This document shows positions 39,461-49,336 of a stretch of 58,249 nt of DNA, in pieces. Source of the stretch: Myxococcota bacterium. Its GTDB lineage: Bacteria; Myxococcota_A; UBA796. The stretch covers positions 1-58,249 of the forward strand of contig JAYZVA010000029.1 of NCBI GenBank assembly GCA_036156175.1. The letters are read 5' to 3'. The position numbers were made by a program, and so were the translations under genes. The first letter of the stretch is position 1; each line of letters opens with the position of its first letter. The notes beneath the pieces are model-generated. The model ran no database searches, was not told the DNA's origin, and worked only from the letters and a program-made list of their open reading frames with translations.

Positions 39461-40166
39461 CGTCCTCGTCGAGGACCACGCCAAACCCATCGCTGGGCAG
39501 CTCGTCCATCGGCTCCTCAACCGCCGCGACCGAGGTCATGATCGGCAGATAGAGCGTTGCACCCACCGACAAGTGATCGAGCGATGTTCCCGCATTGAAC
39601 GCTGCAAGGACCCATGCGGGCACCCCCGCCACGTGCTTCGCGATGGCCCAAGCGGTGTCCCCGGTGCGGACCGTGTAGCCCTCAATGCCCGCGAGCCCAC
39701 CGTTCGCGGCAAGGTAGCGTTCGAGCCGGCTCTCGAGGGCACCGCTGCGGGACGCCTCGAAGGCCTCTCGGTCCGCCATGGGGATCCGAAGCACCTGACC
39801 GGGCACGAGCGGCGCCGTGATTTCCAGGCCAGTCTGAGCCGCAATTTCCTCGACAGACGCCGCCGACCACCGACTCAGTTGATCGAGCGATTCGCCGGCG
39901 CGCACCGTGACTGCGGCGGCGTCAAGCGCGACCGGCGCATCGCTCCCGGCGGGAGCATCCAACGTTTTCGATTCATCCGACGAATGCTCCGGTTCGTGGA
40001 TCGAAGGCGCCACCGCCTCGGCCAGGACGACTTCCGGGGGGGGCGTCAACGGGGGAACGGACGCGATCCGCCGGTCGGCAGCGGCTTGGGGGTCGAAGGC
40101 GCTGCTGTGGGGGGGCGGCTGGGAACAACCGACGGCGGCGAACAGGAATGGGATTGCGTGCTTCAT
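39444..40166 (-). CDS. LysM-domain lipoprotein (two LysM)
   Basis: Start moved to ATG 40166 behind GGAGGA; lipobox 'AVGC'; 'VRAGESLDQLS...GQVLRIP' and 'YTVRTGDTAWAIA...GATLYLP'. Confidence 0.88.
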   Translation of the reverse strand: MKHAIPFLFAAVGCSQPPPHSSAFDPQAAADRRIASVPPLTPPPEVVLAEAVAPSIHEPEHSSDESKTLDAPAGSDAPVALDAAAVTVRAGESLDQLSRWSAASVEEIAAQTGLEITAPLVPGQVLRIPMADREAFEASRSGALESRLERYLAANGGLAGIEGYTVRTGDTAWAIAKHVAGVPAWVLAAFNAGTSLDHLSVGATLYLPIMTSVAAVEEPMDELPSDGFGVVLDEDATDSP

Positions 40167-40208
40167 GGCTTCCTCCAAGGTGTGGTGTTGATGCACGGCC
40201 ACCAACAA

Positions 40209-40225
40209 AGCAACGAGCATGCCAA
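40209..40225 (-). promoter_or_regulatory. Sigma54 (-24/-12) promoter for the LysM lipoprotein gene
   Basis: Minus strand TTGGCATGCTCGTTGCT versus consensus YTGGCACGNNNNTTGCW, exact spacing, about 40 nt upstream of ATG; AT-rich tract upstream. Confidence 0.75.
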
Positions 40226-40351
40226 GGTGTTTATGTGTCTGTTTTTGTTGCCATTTTCTTTCAATCGACCGATTTTTTCTCCCCTGTTTTTGGCTGAGGA
40301 TCTACAAATTCACGATTCCCCGTTACGGTTGACAGCACGGAGGGCAGACCC

Positions 40352-41359
40352 ATGGCCAGCGGAAGCGCAAAAGCCGTCTATGCGGCAATCGGAGCGAACT
40401 CGGTCATCACGGTGACCAAGCTGACCGCGTTTGCATTCACGGGCTCGGGGGCCATGTTCTCCGAGGGCATTCACTCGCTCGCGGACGTCATCAATCAAAC
40501 GTTGCTGGCGCTCGGCATCAAGAAGGCCAAAAAAGCGCCCGACGCGGATCACCCCTATGGCTACGGCCGGGACGCGTTCATCTGGGCCTTGATCAGCGCG
40601 GTTGGAATTTTCTTCTTGGGGTGTGGTTTCACGCTGTACCACGGGATTCATTCCCTCATGCACCCCGAGGCACCCGAGAAGATTCACATTGCTGCGGGCG
40701 TGCTGATCTTTTCGTTTGTGCTCGAGGCGTGGACCCTCTGGGTGGCCTACAAAGCGGTGGATGACGCCGCCAAAGACTTGGGCATCGGATTTTCGCAGTA
40801 CGTCAAGGAGGGGCCGGATCCCATGGCGGTCGCGGTGCTGCTCGAGGACGCTGCCGCCGTGATGGGGGTCACCCTGGCGGGCGCGAGCATCGCGCTGTTT
40901 GTGATCACGGGAAACCCCATCTGGGATGCCCTTGGTTCGATCATCATTGCGATCCTCTTGGGGGCGGTCGCCGTGTTTTTGGTGGTGAGAAACCGCAAAG
41001 CCTTGCTGGGACAGTCGGTCTCGCCGGGCCAACACGCCCGGGTCATGGATGTGCTGGAGTCCGACCCGGCTGTGGAGTCGGTCCGGGATGTGAAGGCGAC
41101 CGTGATGAGTGCCGACGGGTTTCGGTTCAAAGCCGAAGTGGACTTCAACGGTCGCGCCATCGCCACGCAGTGGTTGGCCGACCAAGACATCGAACAAATC
41201 CACGGGCGCGTCGCCTCCGAGCCCGCCCATCTTCGTGAATTCCTGCTGGAGTTCGGCGAACACATGACCACCGCTGTGGGGGACGAGATTGATCGCATTG
41301 AGTCCGCCATTCAAGACGCCGTTCCGGCAGCAAAACACGTCGATCTGGAGTCCGACTGA
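40352..41359 (+). CDS. Cation diffusion facilitator, ZnT9/SLC30A9-like
   Basis: 'TGSGAMFSEGIHSLAD..NQ', 'HPYGYG', 'LLEDAAA', 'RFKAEVDFNG', 'KHVDLE'. Confidence 0.92.
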   Translation: MASGSAKAVYAAIGANSVITVTKLTAFAFTGSGAMFSEGIHSLADVINQTLLALGIKKAKKAPDADHPYGYGRDAFIWALISAVGIFFLGCGFTLYHGIHSLMHPEAPEKIHIAAGVLIFSFVLEAWTLWVAYKAVDDAAKDLGIGFSQYVKEGPDPMAVAVLLEDAAAVMGVTLAGASIALFVITGNPIWDALGSIIIAILLGAVAVFLVVRNRKALLGQSVSPGQHARVMDVLESDPAVESVRDVKATVMSADGFRFKAEVDFNGRAIATQWLADQDIEQIHGRVASEPAHLREFLLEFGEHMTTAVGDEIDRIESAIQDAVPAAKHVDLESD

Positions 41360-41658
41360 TGCCCACCCGACTGACCGAACCCGAAATCGCCGACCGGCTC
41401 TCGTCGCTGGGAGGCCCCTGGACGCGCACCGACGCGGGACACCTGACCGCGCCCTATTCGTTCGCCAACTTTGCCGAGGCCTTGGCGTTCGCGAACGCCG
41501 TGGGGGAACGGGCCGAGCGGGCCAATCACCATCCGGACCTGCACGTGGGCTGGGGCCGGTGCTCCATCGAGCTGTGGACCCACGATGCCGATGGCTTGAC
41601 CGAGCTTGATTTCGCCTTGGCTCGCGAAATATCGGCCTGCTACGACGCCTTGCCGTAG
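41359..41658 (+). CDS. phhB: Pterin-4-alpha-carbinolamine dehydratase
   Basis: 'F.NF.EA..F...V...AE..NHHPD...W...TH...GLT.LDF.LA'; TGATG overlap. Confidence 0.93.
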   Translation: MPTRLTEPEIADRLSSLGGPWTRTDAGHLTAPYSFANFAEALAFANAVGERAERANHHPDLHVGWGRCSIELWTHDADGLTELDFALAREISACYDALP

Positions 41659-41891
41659 ACTTCGGCCACGATGGACCGAACCCGTGCCGGGCTGACCGGC
41701 GGCTGACCGGCGACCGAAAAGGCCCATGCCAGATTGCCCATGCACCGGTGCACCGCATCGGACTTGGCGTAGCCCAGCCGGCGCATCAGCTGGGCCCGCG
41801 CCCGCACGTCGTTCTCCGTCGCGATCCGCCGTCCGTCGCCGCCATCGGGTCGCGCCGCATCACCGTCTTCGTCCAACCAACAAAAAGGCAT
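41640..41891 (-). CDS. Small hypothetical protein (83 aa)
   Basis: ATG 41891 behind GAGGAG; fills the gap; overlaps phhB 3' end. Confidence 0.65.
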   Translation of the reverse strand: MPFCWLDEDGDAARPDGGDGRRIATENDVRARAQLMRRLGYAKSDAVHRCMGNLAWAFSVAGQPPVSPARVRSIVAEVYGKAS

Positions 41892-41997
41892 TCGCTCCTC
41901 CTGCGCATCAAACCTCACCCATACACTCAATCGTTGCAAATCGGTTGGTCGATGTCCTCGATAAATCAGTTAGAAGGAACGCCATTCAGGGGGAACC

Positions 41998-42519
41998 ATG
42001 ACCTCAAGTGACACGCTGTCTTCCATGTTCATCTTCAAGGGAGTCCCCAAAACGGCGCTGCAAGAAGTGTGTTCGATGGCGCCTCCTGTGAGTTTTCAGC
42101 CCGGGGTCACCGTCTTCAATCAAGGCGATGAGTCGGACGTGGCGCTCTTGCTGATCGACGGAAAATTGGGCGTTGAGGTATCGAGCGCGGGCCAACTGCG
42201 GGAAGTTGGCCAAGTCAACATTGGCGAGATCGTTGGCGAAACCGCGCTGTTCGCGCGGTCCGGAAAGCGCAGCGCGACGGTTCGAGCCCTGCAGACCAGT
42301 CAGTGTTTGCTGATCAATCGCGAGTTGCTGACCAATGCGGCCAAGAACGAAGCCATCATCGCCATCGAGCGGCATCTCCTGGCCACGCTGGCCCGCCGGA
42401 TTCGACGAACGAATCAAGAGACGGCGAAGCTCTGGAAAGAAATCGGTTCCACCCCAGAAGCGGCGGCGGAACCGGCTGGATTCGTCGCCAAACTCAAGAA
42501 ACTCTTTGGAGGGGAATGA
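41998..42519 (+). CDS. Stand-alone cyclic-nucleotide-binding domain protein
   Basis: 'VFNQGD', 'GEIVGETALF...RSATVRA'; no HTH; GGGGG RBS. Confidence 0.88.
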   Translation: MTSSDTLSSMFIFKGVPKTALQEVCSMAPPVSFQPGVTVFNQGDESDVALLLIDGKLGVEVSSAGQLREVGQVNIGEIVGETALFARSGKRSATVRALQTSQCLLINRELLTNAAKNEAIIAIERHLLATLARRIRRTNQETAKLWKEIGSTPEAAAEPAGFVAKLKKLFGGE

Positions 42520-43205
42520 TGCAACGCATCGCCGCCATTGACGCCGACCGCCTCGCCAAGCGCATTGTGGCGCACCACTCGTTCCCGGGGGCAAGCCACG
42601 CCGCAATCGAGCGGGTCCTCAATCTGGGTGAGCTGCAGCACTTCGACCACGGCGCGACCCTGTGCGCCGAGGGCAAACCGGGCAACGAATTGTTTTTCCT
42701 GGTGCGGGGAAACATCTCCGTGCTCCGCCGGGATGGAACGGGAACCGACCGGGTGTTGAGCGACATGACCTGCCCCAATGTGTTTGGCCACATGTCGGTC
42801 ATCGACGGCTCGATGCGATCGGCGACGTGCAAGGCGAATGGACCGGTCGAAGTGGTGATTCTGCCCCGTCAGATGGTGGACCGACTGATCGGTGAAGGCT
42901 CGATCGCCGGAGTGGCGCTGCGACGCCTGTTGGTCGCCAGCCTGTGCGATCAGCTGTCGCAGGCCAATGGATTTGTTCGAAAGATTGTCCTCGATCACTC
43001 CACGGCCGCCGCCGCGCACACGCCCAATGCGGCGCCGGCCACCCCCGCGAAGCCCCGCCGACAAGCCGAAGACCTGCGCACCCTGACGGCCGCTCTCGGT
43101 GGATGGGAAACCAACTTGGACGACTTGGAATCGCTCGAACAAGAGATCGAGTACGTCATGGATGAAGACCAAAAGCGCACGCTGGATGCCCGAAACCGCA
43201 GCTGA
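42516..43205 (+). CDS. Cyclic-nucleotide-binding domain protein with acidic C-terminal helix
   Basis: Start moved to ATG 42516 (ATGA overlap, GGAGG); 'LCAEGKPGNELFFLVRG', 'FGHMSVIDGSMRSATC'. Confidence 0.85.
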   Translation: MMQRIAAIDADRLAKRIVAHHSFPGASHAAIERVLNLGELQHFDHGATLCAEGKPGNELFFLVRGNISVLRRDGTGTDRVLSDMTCPNVFGHMSVIDGSMRSATCKANGPVEVVILPRQMVDRLIGEGSIAGVALRRLLVASLCDQLSQANGFVRKIVLDHSTAAAAHTPNAAPATPAKPRRQAEDLRTLTAALGGWETNLDDLESLEQEIEYVMDEDQKRTLDARNRS

Positions 43206-43208
43206 GCA

Positions 43209-43790
43209 TCATCCCAATCGATGCACGGCATCCCCCACGGCAATGGCGCCGCCCGCAACCACGGTCAAGTAGACCCCGCGGATGCGGGGAGTGGCGGCAG
43301 CGAACACGAACGCAGGGTGCCCAAACCGGGCCCGGAAGCGGTCGCAGGGCACATGGGGTGTCGCGCTCACACGGACCACGGCTTCGCCAATCCGAAGCTC
43401 CGCACCTTCCGGCAACGCCGTTTCTCGAAGATCCAGGTCCGTGAACAGGTTGTCGCCGAACAACCCAATCGACTGGCCGTTGGCCAATCGCGCTGCCACG
43501 TCCACGTTCATCATCGACACCTGGTCACCCGGGTCCGCCTTGCCCGTCGCCCACCGATCCCCGACGAGTCCACCGGTGCGCGACAATTCCGCTGCGGTCG
43601 GTTGCTCGCGGAAGCCGTCTGGCCGACGAATCACAATGGCCTGCAACGACGCACGCTCCGACTCCAAAACCGGATCAAACCCCGCGAAAGCGCGTTCAAG
43701 CTCTTCGCGACTCAAGTGGCGCGCCGGCTCTCCCACCAGCGGCGCACGCCCGTGCAGAGTCTGGGCCCATGCTCTTGTCGTTTCGGCCAC
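43209..43790 (-). CDS. MOSC-domain protein
   Basis: 'GGLVGDRW', 'FGDNL', 'LRIGEA...PHVPCDRF', 'RGVY..V...G.I..GD'; start moved to GTG 43790 behind GGGGAG. Confidence 0.82.
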   Translation of the reverse strand: MAETTRAWAQTLHGRAPLVGEPARHLSREELERAFAGFDPVLESERASLQAIVIRRPDGFREQPTAAELSRTGGLVGDRWATGKADPGDQVSMMNVDVAARLANGQSIGLFGDNLFTDLDLRETALPEGAELRIGEAVVRVSATPHVPCDRFRARFGHPAFVFAAATPRIRGVYLTVVAGGAIAVGDAVHRLG

Positions 43791-44058
43791 GCTGTGCTCC
43801 CCATACCAGCGTAGCACCACGCCATTCGGCACACCACGACCTCCGGGGAATGGCGATGCGGCGTACCGGGTTTGATGGCCCGTGGCGTGTTTGCGCGCCC
43901 CGGCGGTTGCTGCTGGGACGACCCGTCGGACGGGGCGCCCACCGGCCGCATGCCAGCGGCTTGCGATACCGGGTCCAATCTGACACCATTCGACCAATCA
44001 CTTGCCTCGCATCATCGAGCAGCCCGTTAAGCGAAGGGCACCATCCGGGGGAGCACGA

Positions 44059-46191
44059 GTGTCCAACTCACTGAAAAAATCCCTGACCCTCTACGACGTG
44101 TTTGCGATCAGCACGGGGGCGATGTTCAGTTCCGGCTTTTTCCTGCTTCCCGGAATCGCAGCGGCCCAAACGGGGCCGTCGGTCATCTTGGCGTACTTTG
44201 TTGCGGGAATCATGATCATTCCCGCCATGCTGAGCAAGGCCGAACTGACGGCCGCCATGCCCAAGGCCGGCGGCAGCTACTACTTCATCGAGCGGGCCAT
44301 GGGGCCGTTGATTGGCACCATCGGCGGCTTGGGCACATGGCTGTCCCTCGTCTTCAAGACGGCGTTCGCGCTGATTGGCATGGGCGCCTACCTGGCGATT
44401 TTCGTCGAGCTGCCCGTGAAGCCGCTGGCCATTGGACTCACGTTTGCCTTCATGGCGCTGAACGTGGTGGGAGCCAAGGAATCGAGCGGCCTGCAACGCA
44501 TCCTGGTGACGGTGCTGCTGGCGGTGCTGGGCTTCTTCATCGCTCAAGGCCTGTACATCGTGGCCGATCGCCCCGAGGCCACCCAAACGCTGAGCGAGAT
44601 GGGCCCATTCTTCCGGTCGGGTGTCGAGGGCTTCATGGGCACAGTCGGTCTCGTGTTTGTCTCGTACGCGGGACTCACCAAAGTCTCGAGCGTCGCCGAA
44701 GAAGTTGAAAATCCCGATCGGGTGATCCCCTTGGGCATGCTGATGTCCATTGCTGTGGCCACCACCGTGTACTGCATTGGGGTTGCGGTGATGATGTGGG
44801 TGCTCGAACCCGGGAAGTTCGAGAGCGATCTCACCCCGGTGGCCAGCGCCGCCAGCGTCATGTTTGGATGGCTGCCCGATGGTGTGGGCGTGGGGCTTGC
44901 CGTGACTGCGGCGGTGGCCGCGTTTGCATCCACCGGAAACGCCGGAATCATGTCGGCTTCACGGTACCCCTTGGCCATGGCGCGCGACCGCCTTGTTCCC
45001 AGCGTGTTCACCCACATCGGCCGGTTCTCCACCCCAACAATGGGCATCTTGGCGACCGGTGTGCTGATGGTGCTCACCATCGTATTCGCCGAGGTGTCGA
45101 CGGTCGCCAAGCTGGGCAGCGCGTTCCAGCTGGTCATCTTCGGACTGATCAACCTGTGCGTCATCGTGATGCGAGAAAGCCACCTCAAGTACTACCACCC
45201 AGGCTTCCGTTCGCCGTTCTATCCGTGGGTCCAGATCGCCGGCATGATCATCCCGGTGTGGCTCATCTCCGAAATGGGGTGGCTGCCCTCGTTGATGAGC
45301 ACCATCCTCATCGTCTTGTGCATCGCGTGGTACCACTTTTTCGCCCGGGGCCGGGTCGAGCGCTACGGCGCGGTGCACCACGTCTTCGAGCGCTTGGGAC
45401 GGGTTCGGAGCGTGTCGGTCGACAAAGAACTGCGCACCATCTTGGGCGAGAAGGGCCTCCGCGAAGAAGACCTGTATGAAGAGGTCATCGCCGGTGCGCC
45501 GGTGCTCGACTACACCAAACACATGACCTTCGAGAACATCGTGCGCGACGTCTGTTCTCAGATTGCCAAGGCCGAGGGCATCGACGAAGAAGAGCTCTAC
45601 GACGGATTTGTCATGGAGTCCCGCGCGGGCCTCATGCCCCTGGATCACGGCATCGCCGCTCCGAACATGCGGCACCATGATGTGGCCCACCCCCGGATGG
45701 TGCTGGTGCGTTCCAAGGTGGGCGTTGAAATCGACCTCTCCGAGTCGTTCGGACACCTGGAGCTGGATGAACCGGTTCGCGCGTTCGTGTTCCTGGTCAG
45801 TCCGGAGCGGCACCTTGGGCCCCATCTGCGGAGCGTTGCGCAGATTGTGACCACCATCGATGCGCCCGATTTCCTGGAACGATGGATTGAGTGCGAGACC
45901 GAAAGCGAAATGAGGGCGTTGTTGCTCCGCGACGAGCGGTTTTTGCAGATCACCGTGCACGCCGGCGGAACCGGTGCCGAGCTGGTTGGCGCGCGGCTTC
46001 GGGACCCCAACTTCCCATCGGGGGTGCTGGTGGCGCTCGTTCACCGCGACGACCAATCGTTCGTGCCAACCGGCGACGAAGTCATTCGGGACGGCGACCG
46101 GCTCACCATCATCGGCAACCCCGGCATGGTCGAAAGCCTGCGCCAGCAGTTCGGTGCCGGCGAGGACATCACGCCGCAGTCAACCGTCTGA
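44059..46191 (+). CDS. APC-family amino acid permease fused to PTS-EIIA-like and TrkA-C domains
   Basis: 'GAMFSSGFFLLPG', 'AEL..AMPKAGGSY', about 12 TMs; EIIA-like 'GIAAPN...VRAFVFLVSP'; RCK_C 'VPTGDEVIRDGDRLTIIG'; start GTG 44059. Confidence 0.88.
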   Translation: MSNSLKKSLTLYDVFAISTGAMFSSGFFLLPGIAAAQTGPSVILAYFVAGIMIIPAMLSKAELTAAMPKAGGSYYFIERAMGPLIGTIGGLGTWLSLVFKTAFALIGMGAYLAIFVELPVKPLAIGLTFAFMALNVVGAKESSGLQRILVTVLLAVLGFFIAQGLYIVADRPEATQTLSEMGPFFRSGVEGFMGTVGLVFVSYAGLTKVSSVAEEVENPDRVIPLGMLMSIAVATTVYCIGVAVMMWVLEPGKFESDLTPVASAASVMFGWLPDGVGVGLAVTAAVAAFASTGNAGIMSASRYPLAMARDRLVPSVFTHIGRFSTPTMGILATGVLMVLTIVFAEVSTVAKLGSAFQLVIFGLINLCVIVMRESHLKYYHPGFRSPFYPWVQIAGMIIPVWLISEMGWLPSLMSTILIVLCIAWYHFFARGRVERYGAVHHVFERLGRVRSVSVDKELRTILGEKGLREEDLYEEVIAGAPVLDYTKHMTFENIVRDVCSQIAKAEGIDEEELYDGFVMESRAGLMPLDHGIAAPNMRHHDVAHPRMVLVRSKVGVEIDLSESFGHLELDEPVRAFVFLVSPERHLGPHLRSVAQIVTTIDAPDFLERWIECETESEMRALLLRDERFLQITVHAGGTGAELVGARLRDPNFPSGVLVALVHRDDQSFVPTGDEVIRDGDRLTIIGNPGMVESLRQQFGAGEDITPQSTV

Positions 46192-46214
46192 CGCCCGGGC
46201 GCCCGTTGCCTGGA

Positions 46215-46664
46215 TTACCGCGTCCCGGTTGACCCAAAACCGGACTCACCGCGAATGGTCTCATCCAGGTCATCCGTGCATTCGATGATGGCCTGCGGCG
46301 CCGGCGCCATCACCATCTGCGCAATTCTCATCCCCCGCTCGATCGCGATGGGCTCGAGACCCAGGTTGATGAGCAGCACCTTGAGTTCACCCCGGTAGTC
46401 GGAGTCGATGGTGCCCGGTGCGTTGGGAATGCTGAGCCCTTGACGCAAGGCCAGTCCCGATCGGGGTCGAATTTGCGCTTCCCACCCCGGCGGGATGGCG
46501 ACTCGAATGCCCGTTGGAACGGCCCGACGGGCCATGGGTTCCAGGGTGCACGGTTCCGCCGCTCGCAGGTCCAGCCCCGCGGCACCGGGCGTCGCATACG
46601 CAGGAAGGTCCAGGCCCTCCCCGTGGGGAAGGACCTGGACCTTCAGAAGCGGAGGCCGAAGCAT
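46215..46664 (-). CDS. dut: dUTPase
   Basis: 'AGLDL', 'RPRSGLA', '[10 protein letters not shown]', 'RIAQ', '[10 protein letters not shown]'. Confidence 0.97.
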   Translation of the reverse strand: MLRPPLLKVQVLPHGEGLDLPAYATPGAAGLDLRAAEPCTLEPMARRAVPTGIRVAIPPGWEAQIRPRSGLALRQGLSIPNAPGTIDSDYRGELKVLLINLGLEPIAIERGMRIAQMVMAPAPQAIIECTDDLDETIRGESGFGSTGTR

Positions 46665-46669
46665 TGGAC

Positions 46670-48781
46670 CTACAGGTCCGCTGCTTCGAGGGCTTCCTTG
46701 CGGCTCAGACGAATCTTGCCGCTGCGCTTGTCGATGTCGATCACACGAACCAACACTTCGTCGCCTTCGTTGACCACGTCGGTGGTTTGTTCCACGCGCT
46801 CGTTGGCCAAGTGGCTGATGTGCACCAATCCTTCCGTTCCCGGGAAGATTTCAATGAACGCGCCGAAGTCCACCGTGCGCTTGACGACACCGAGGTACAG
46901 CTTGCCAATCTCGGCTTCTTGGGTGAGCTCGCGGAGCATGCCCAGAGCCTTGTTGGTGGCGTCCATGTCGGAGCTGGCCACGAGGACCGTGCCGTCGTCT
47001 TCCACCGTGATCCGCACGCCGCACTCTTCTTGCATGCCGCGAATCGTCCGTCCACCGGGGCCGATGATGTCGCGGATCTTGTCCTGCTTGACCTTCAGCT
47101 TGGTGATCCGGGGAGCGTTGTCCGCGATGTCCTCGCGGGGCTCGGCGATCGCCTTGGCCATCTCGTCCAAGATGTGAATCCGGCCTTCGCGGGCTTGGCC
47201 CAAGGCCTTCGCCATGATCTCGCGGCTGACCGAATCGATCTTGGTGTCCATCTGGAACGCGGTGATGCCGTTCTTGGTTCCCGTGACCTTGAAGTCCATG
47301 TCGCCCAAGTGGTCCTCGTCTCCGAGGATGTCGGAGAGGACGGCGAAGTCATCGCCTTCCTTGATGAGTCCCATGGCGATTCCGGCCACCGGAGCCTTGA
47401 GGGGCACTCCCGCGTCCATCAGGGCCAGGGTCGACCCGCAGACACTCGCCATCGAGCTGGAGCCGTTGGACTCCAGAACGTCCGAGCAGCAACGGAGCAC
47501 GTAGGGGAAGTCTTCTTGGCTCGGAAGCACGGGAATGATGCTTCGGTGAGCAAGCACGCCGTGACCGATTTCCCGACGCTTGGGACCGCGAAGCATGCGC
47601 GCTTCACCGGTGCAGAACGGCGGGAAGTTGTAGGTCAGCATCCAGCGACGGAACTGCTCTTGCGTACCGGCATAGTCGATCCGCTGAGAGTCCATCTCCA
47701 TGCCGAGTGCAGCCGTCACGAAGGTCTGGGTCTCGCCGCGGGTGAACAAGGCCGAGCCGTGCGCGTTGGCGGCCTGGCCGACGCGGCAATCGATGAACCG
47801 AATCTCATCGGTCGCGCGGCCGTCGATCCGGGTGCGGGTCGACAGGACTTGCTTCCGCATGATCTTGCCGACCAGCTTGTCCCACGCATCTTTGGCTTCG
47901 CCGGTCTTGGACTCGATGACGTCCTCATCGGTCTCGCCGTCGAGCAACTTCTCGATGACCGCGTCGCGGGCGGCCTTGAGGGCCACCTTGCGCTCGTGCT
48001 TCCCGGTGATGCCCATGGCTTCGGTGAGGCTGTCGGTACCGTTGTCGGTCACAAACGCCAGCACATCCGCGTCGATCTCCGGTGCGGGAGGCACTTCGGC
48101 GTTCTCGACGCCGGCGATGCCGCGAAGCTCTTCGATGGCGCCGATGATTTTCTTGATTTCTTCGTGGGCGAAGTCCATCGCGTCCATCATGGCGTCTTCC
48201 GACATCTCCTTGGCGCCGCCTTCCACCATGCAGACCGCGTCAACGGTACCGGCAACGACAAGGTTGAGGTCGGCCTCGACCATCTGGGCACGGCTGGGGT
48301 TGCTCACGAGTTGGCCGTCGATTTGGCTGACCCGAACGCCCGCGATGGGGCGCTGAAGGGGCGCGTTCGAGATGTGAAGGGCCGCGGAGGCGCCGCACAT
48401 GGCGAGGGTGTCGGTGTCGCAGCCTTCGTCGTACGACAACACCGTGCCGATCACCTGCGTCTCGTTGCGGTAGTGCTTCGGGAACTGCGGGCGGATCGGG
48501 CGATCGATCATCCGAGACACGAGGGTCTCGCGCTCGTTCGAGCGGCCTTCGCGCTTGAAGTAGTTGCCGGGAATGGTGCCGTATGCGCCGTTGCGGTCTT
48601 GGTACTCGACGGTGAGCGGCAAGAAGTCGAATCGGGCCGGGCCACCGGTCACGGCGGTCACGAGGACGGCCGAGTCGTCCATGCGGACGACGACAGCGCC
48701 ATCGGCCTGCTTGGCCATTACGCCGGTTTCAAAGGTCATGGTACGTCCGCCGATTTCGACGGACACGGATTTGAGTTCCAT
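46670..48781 (-). CDS. pnp: Polynucleotide phosphorylase
   Basis: 'FLPLTVEY', 'FTRGETQ', 'RREIGHG', '[10 protein letters not shown]', '[10 protein letters not shown]', KH and S1 domains; start moved to ATG 48781. Confidence 0.98.
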   Translation of the reverse strand: MELKSVSVEIGGRTMTFETGVMAKQADGAVVVRMDDSAVLVTAVTGGPARFDFLPLTVEYQDRNGAYGTIPGNYFKREGRSNERETLVSRMIDRPIRPQFPKHYRNETQVIGTVLSYDEGCDTDTLAMCGASAALHISNAPLQRPIAGVRVSQIDGQLVSNPSRAQMVEADLNLVVAGTVDAVCMVEGGAKEMSEDAMMDAMDFAHEEIKKIIGAIEELRGIAGVENAEVPPAPEIDADVLAFVTDNGTDSLTEAMGITGKHERKVALKAARDAVIEKLLDGETDEDVIESKTGEAKDAWDKLVGKIMRKQVLSTRTRIDGRATDEIRFIDCRVGQAANAHGSALFTRGETQTFVTAALGMEMDSQRIDYAGTQEQFRRWMLTYNFPPFCTGEARMLRGPKRREIGHGVLAHRSIIPVLPSQEDFPYVLRCCSDVLESNGSSSMASVCGSTLALMDAGVPLKAPVAGIAMGLIKEGDDFAVLSDILGDEDHLGDMDFKVTGTKNGITAFQMDTKIDSVSREIMAKALGQAREGRIHILDEMAKAIAEPREDIADNAPRITKLKVKQDKIRDIIGPGGRTIRGMQEECGVRITVEDDGTVLVASSDMDATNKALGMLRELTQEAEIGKLYLGVVKRTVDFGAFIEIFPGTEGLVHISHLANERVEQTTDVVNEGDEVLVRVIDIDKRSGKIRLSRKEALEAADL

Positions 48782-48860
48782 TGGATTCTCCAGATGGATG
48801 CACGGGTGGTGTGTGCGGCCGTCCATAAGGCCGCTGCACCCGCAGAGTGTATTGAGGGTC

Positions 48861-49014
48861 GCGCGCATCATGCGCGCTCCGCAATCAAGGACAGGTCTCA
48901 GGCTTCAAAACGCGACCGAGACTCCGTAGACCTGCGAAGGTTGAATGACCGAGAGCATTCAAGCTGCGAAGACCTGCGGGATCCGGCTGTCCAAAGACGG
49001 TTGACCGATTGCGG
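48861..49014 (-). promoter_or_regulatory. Long stem-loop pnp leader (candidate RNase III / autoregulation site)
   Basis: Nested complementarity CCGCAATC/GATTGCGG (48879/49014), GGACAG/CTGTCC, TTGAATG/CATTCAA, plus GCGCGCA-TCA-TGCGCGC hairpin (48861-48877). Confidence 0.6.
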
Positions 49015-49020
49015 CGATTG

Positions 49021-49061
49021 AAAAGAACAAAGAAAAACGGGCGACCCAAAGGTCACCCGTT
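49021..49061 (-). terminator. Intrinsic terminator after rpsO
   Basis: Minus strand AACGGGTGACC-TTTG-GGTCGCCCGTT followed by TTTCTTTGTTCTTTT. Confidence 0.85.
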
Positions 49062-49066
49062 CCACA

Positions 49067-49336
49067 TTAACGACGAAGGCCGAGGCTCTTGATGAGTGCC
49101 TTGTACCGGTCCTCATCGTTCGTCCGCAGGTACTTCAGCAGACGCCGACGGCGCCCGACCATCTTGAGCAGACCACGACGGCTGTGGTGGTCTTTCTTGT
49201 GGGTCTTGAAGTGACCATTCAGGTAGTTGATGCGTTCCGTGAGGAGCGCGACTTGAACTTCCGGTGAACCCGTGTCGCCCTCGTGGGTCGCGTAGGTTGT
49301 CATCAGTTCTTGCTTGCGTTCTGCAGTCATTGCCAT
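49067..49336 (-). CDS. rpsO: 30S ribosomal protein S15
   Basis: '[42 protein letters not shown]'; 89 aa; AAGGAG RBS. Confidence 0.99.
   Translation of the reverse strand: MAMTAERKQELMTTYATHEGDTGSPEVQVALLTERINYLNGHFKTHKKDHHSRRGLLKMVGRRRRLLKYLRTNDEDRYKALIKSLGLRR

Noticed and set aside
43791-44058. Riboswitch (e.g. c-di-AMP) upstream of the APC permease
   Set aside because: Hairpins are present but I recognise no conserved riboswitch core; an Infernal scan is needed.
46514-49021. 835-aa plus-strand ORF opposite pnp
   Set aside because: Antisense shadow of pnp.
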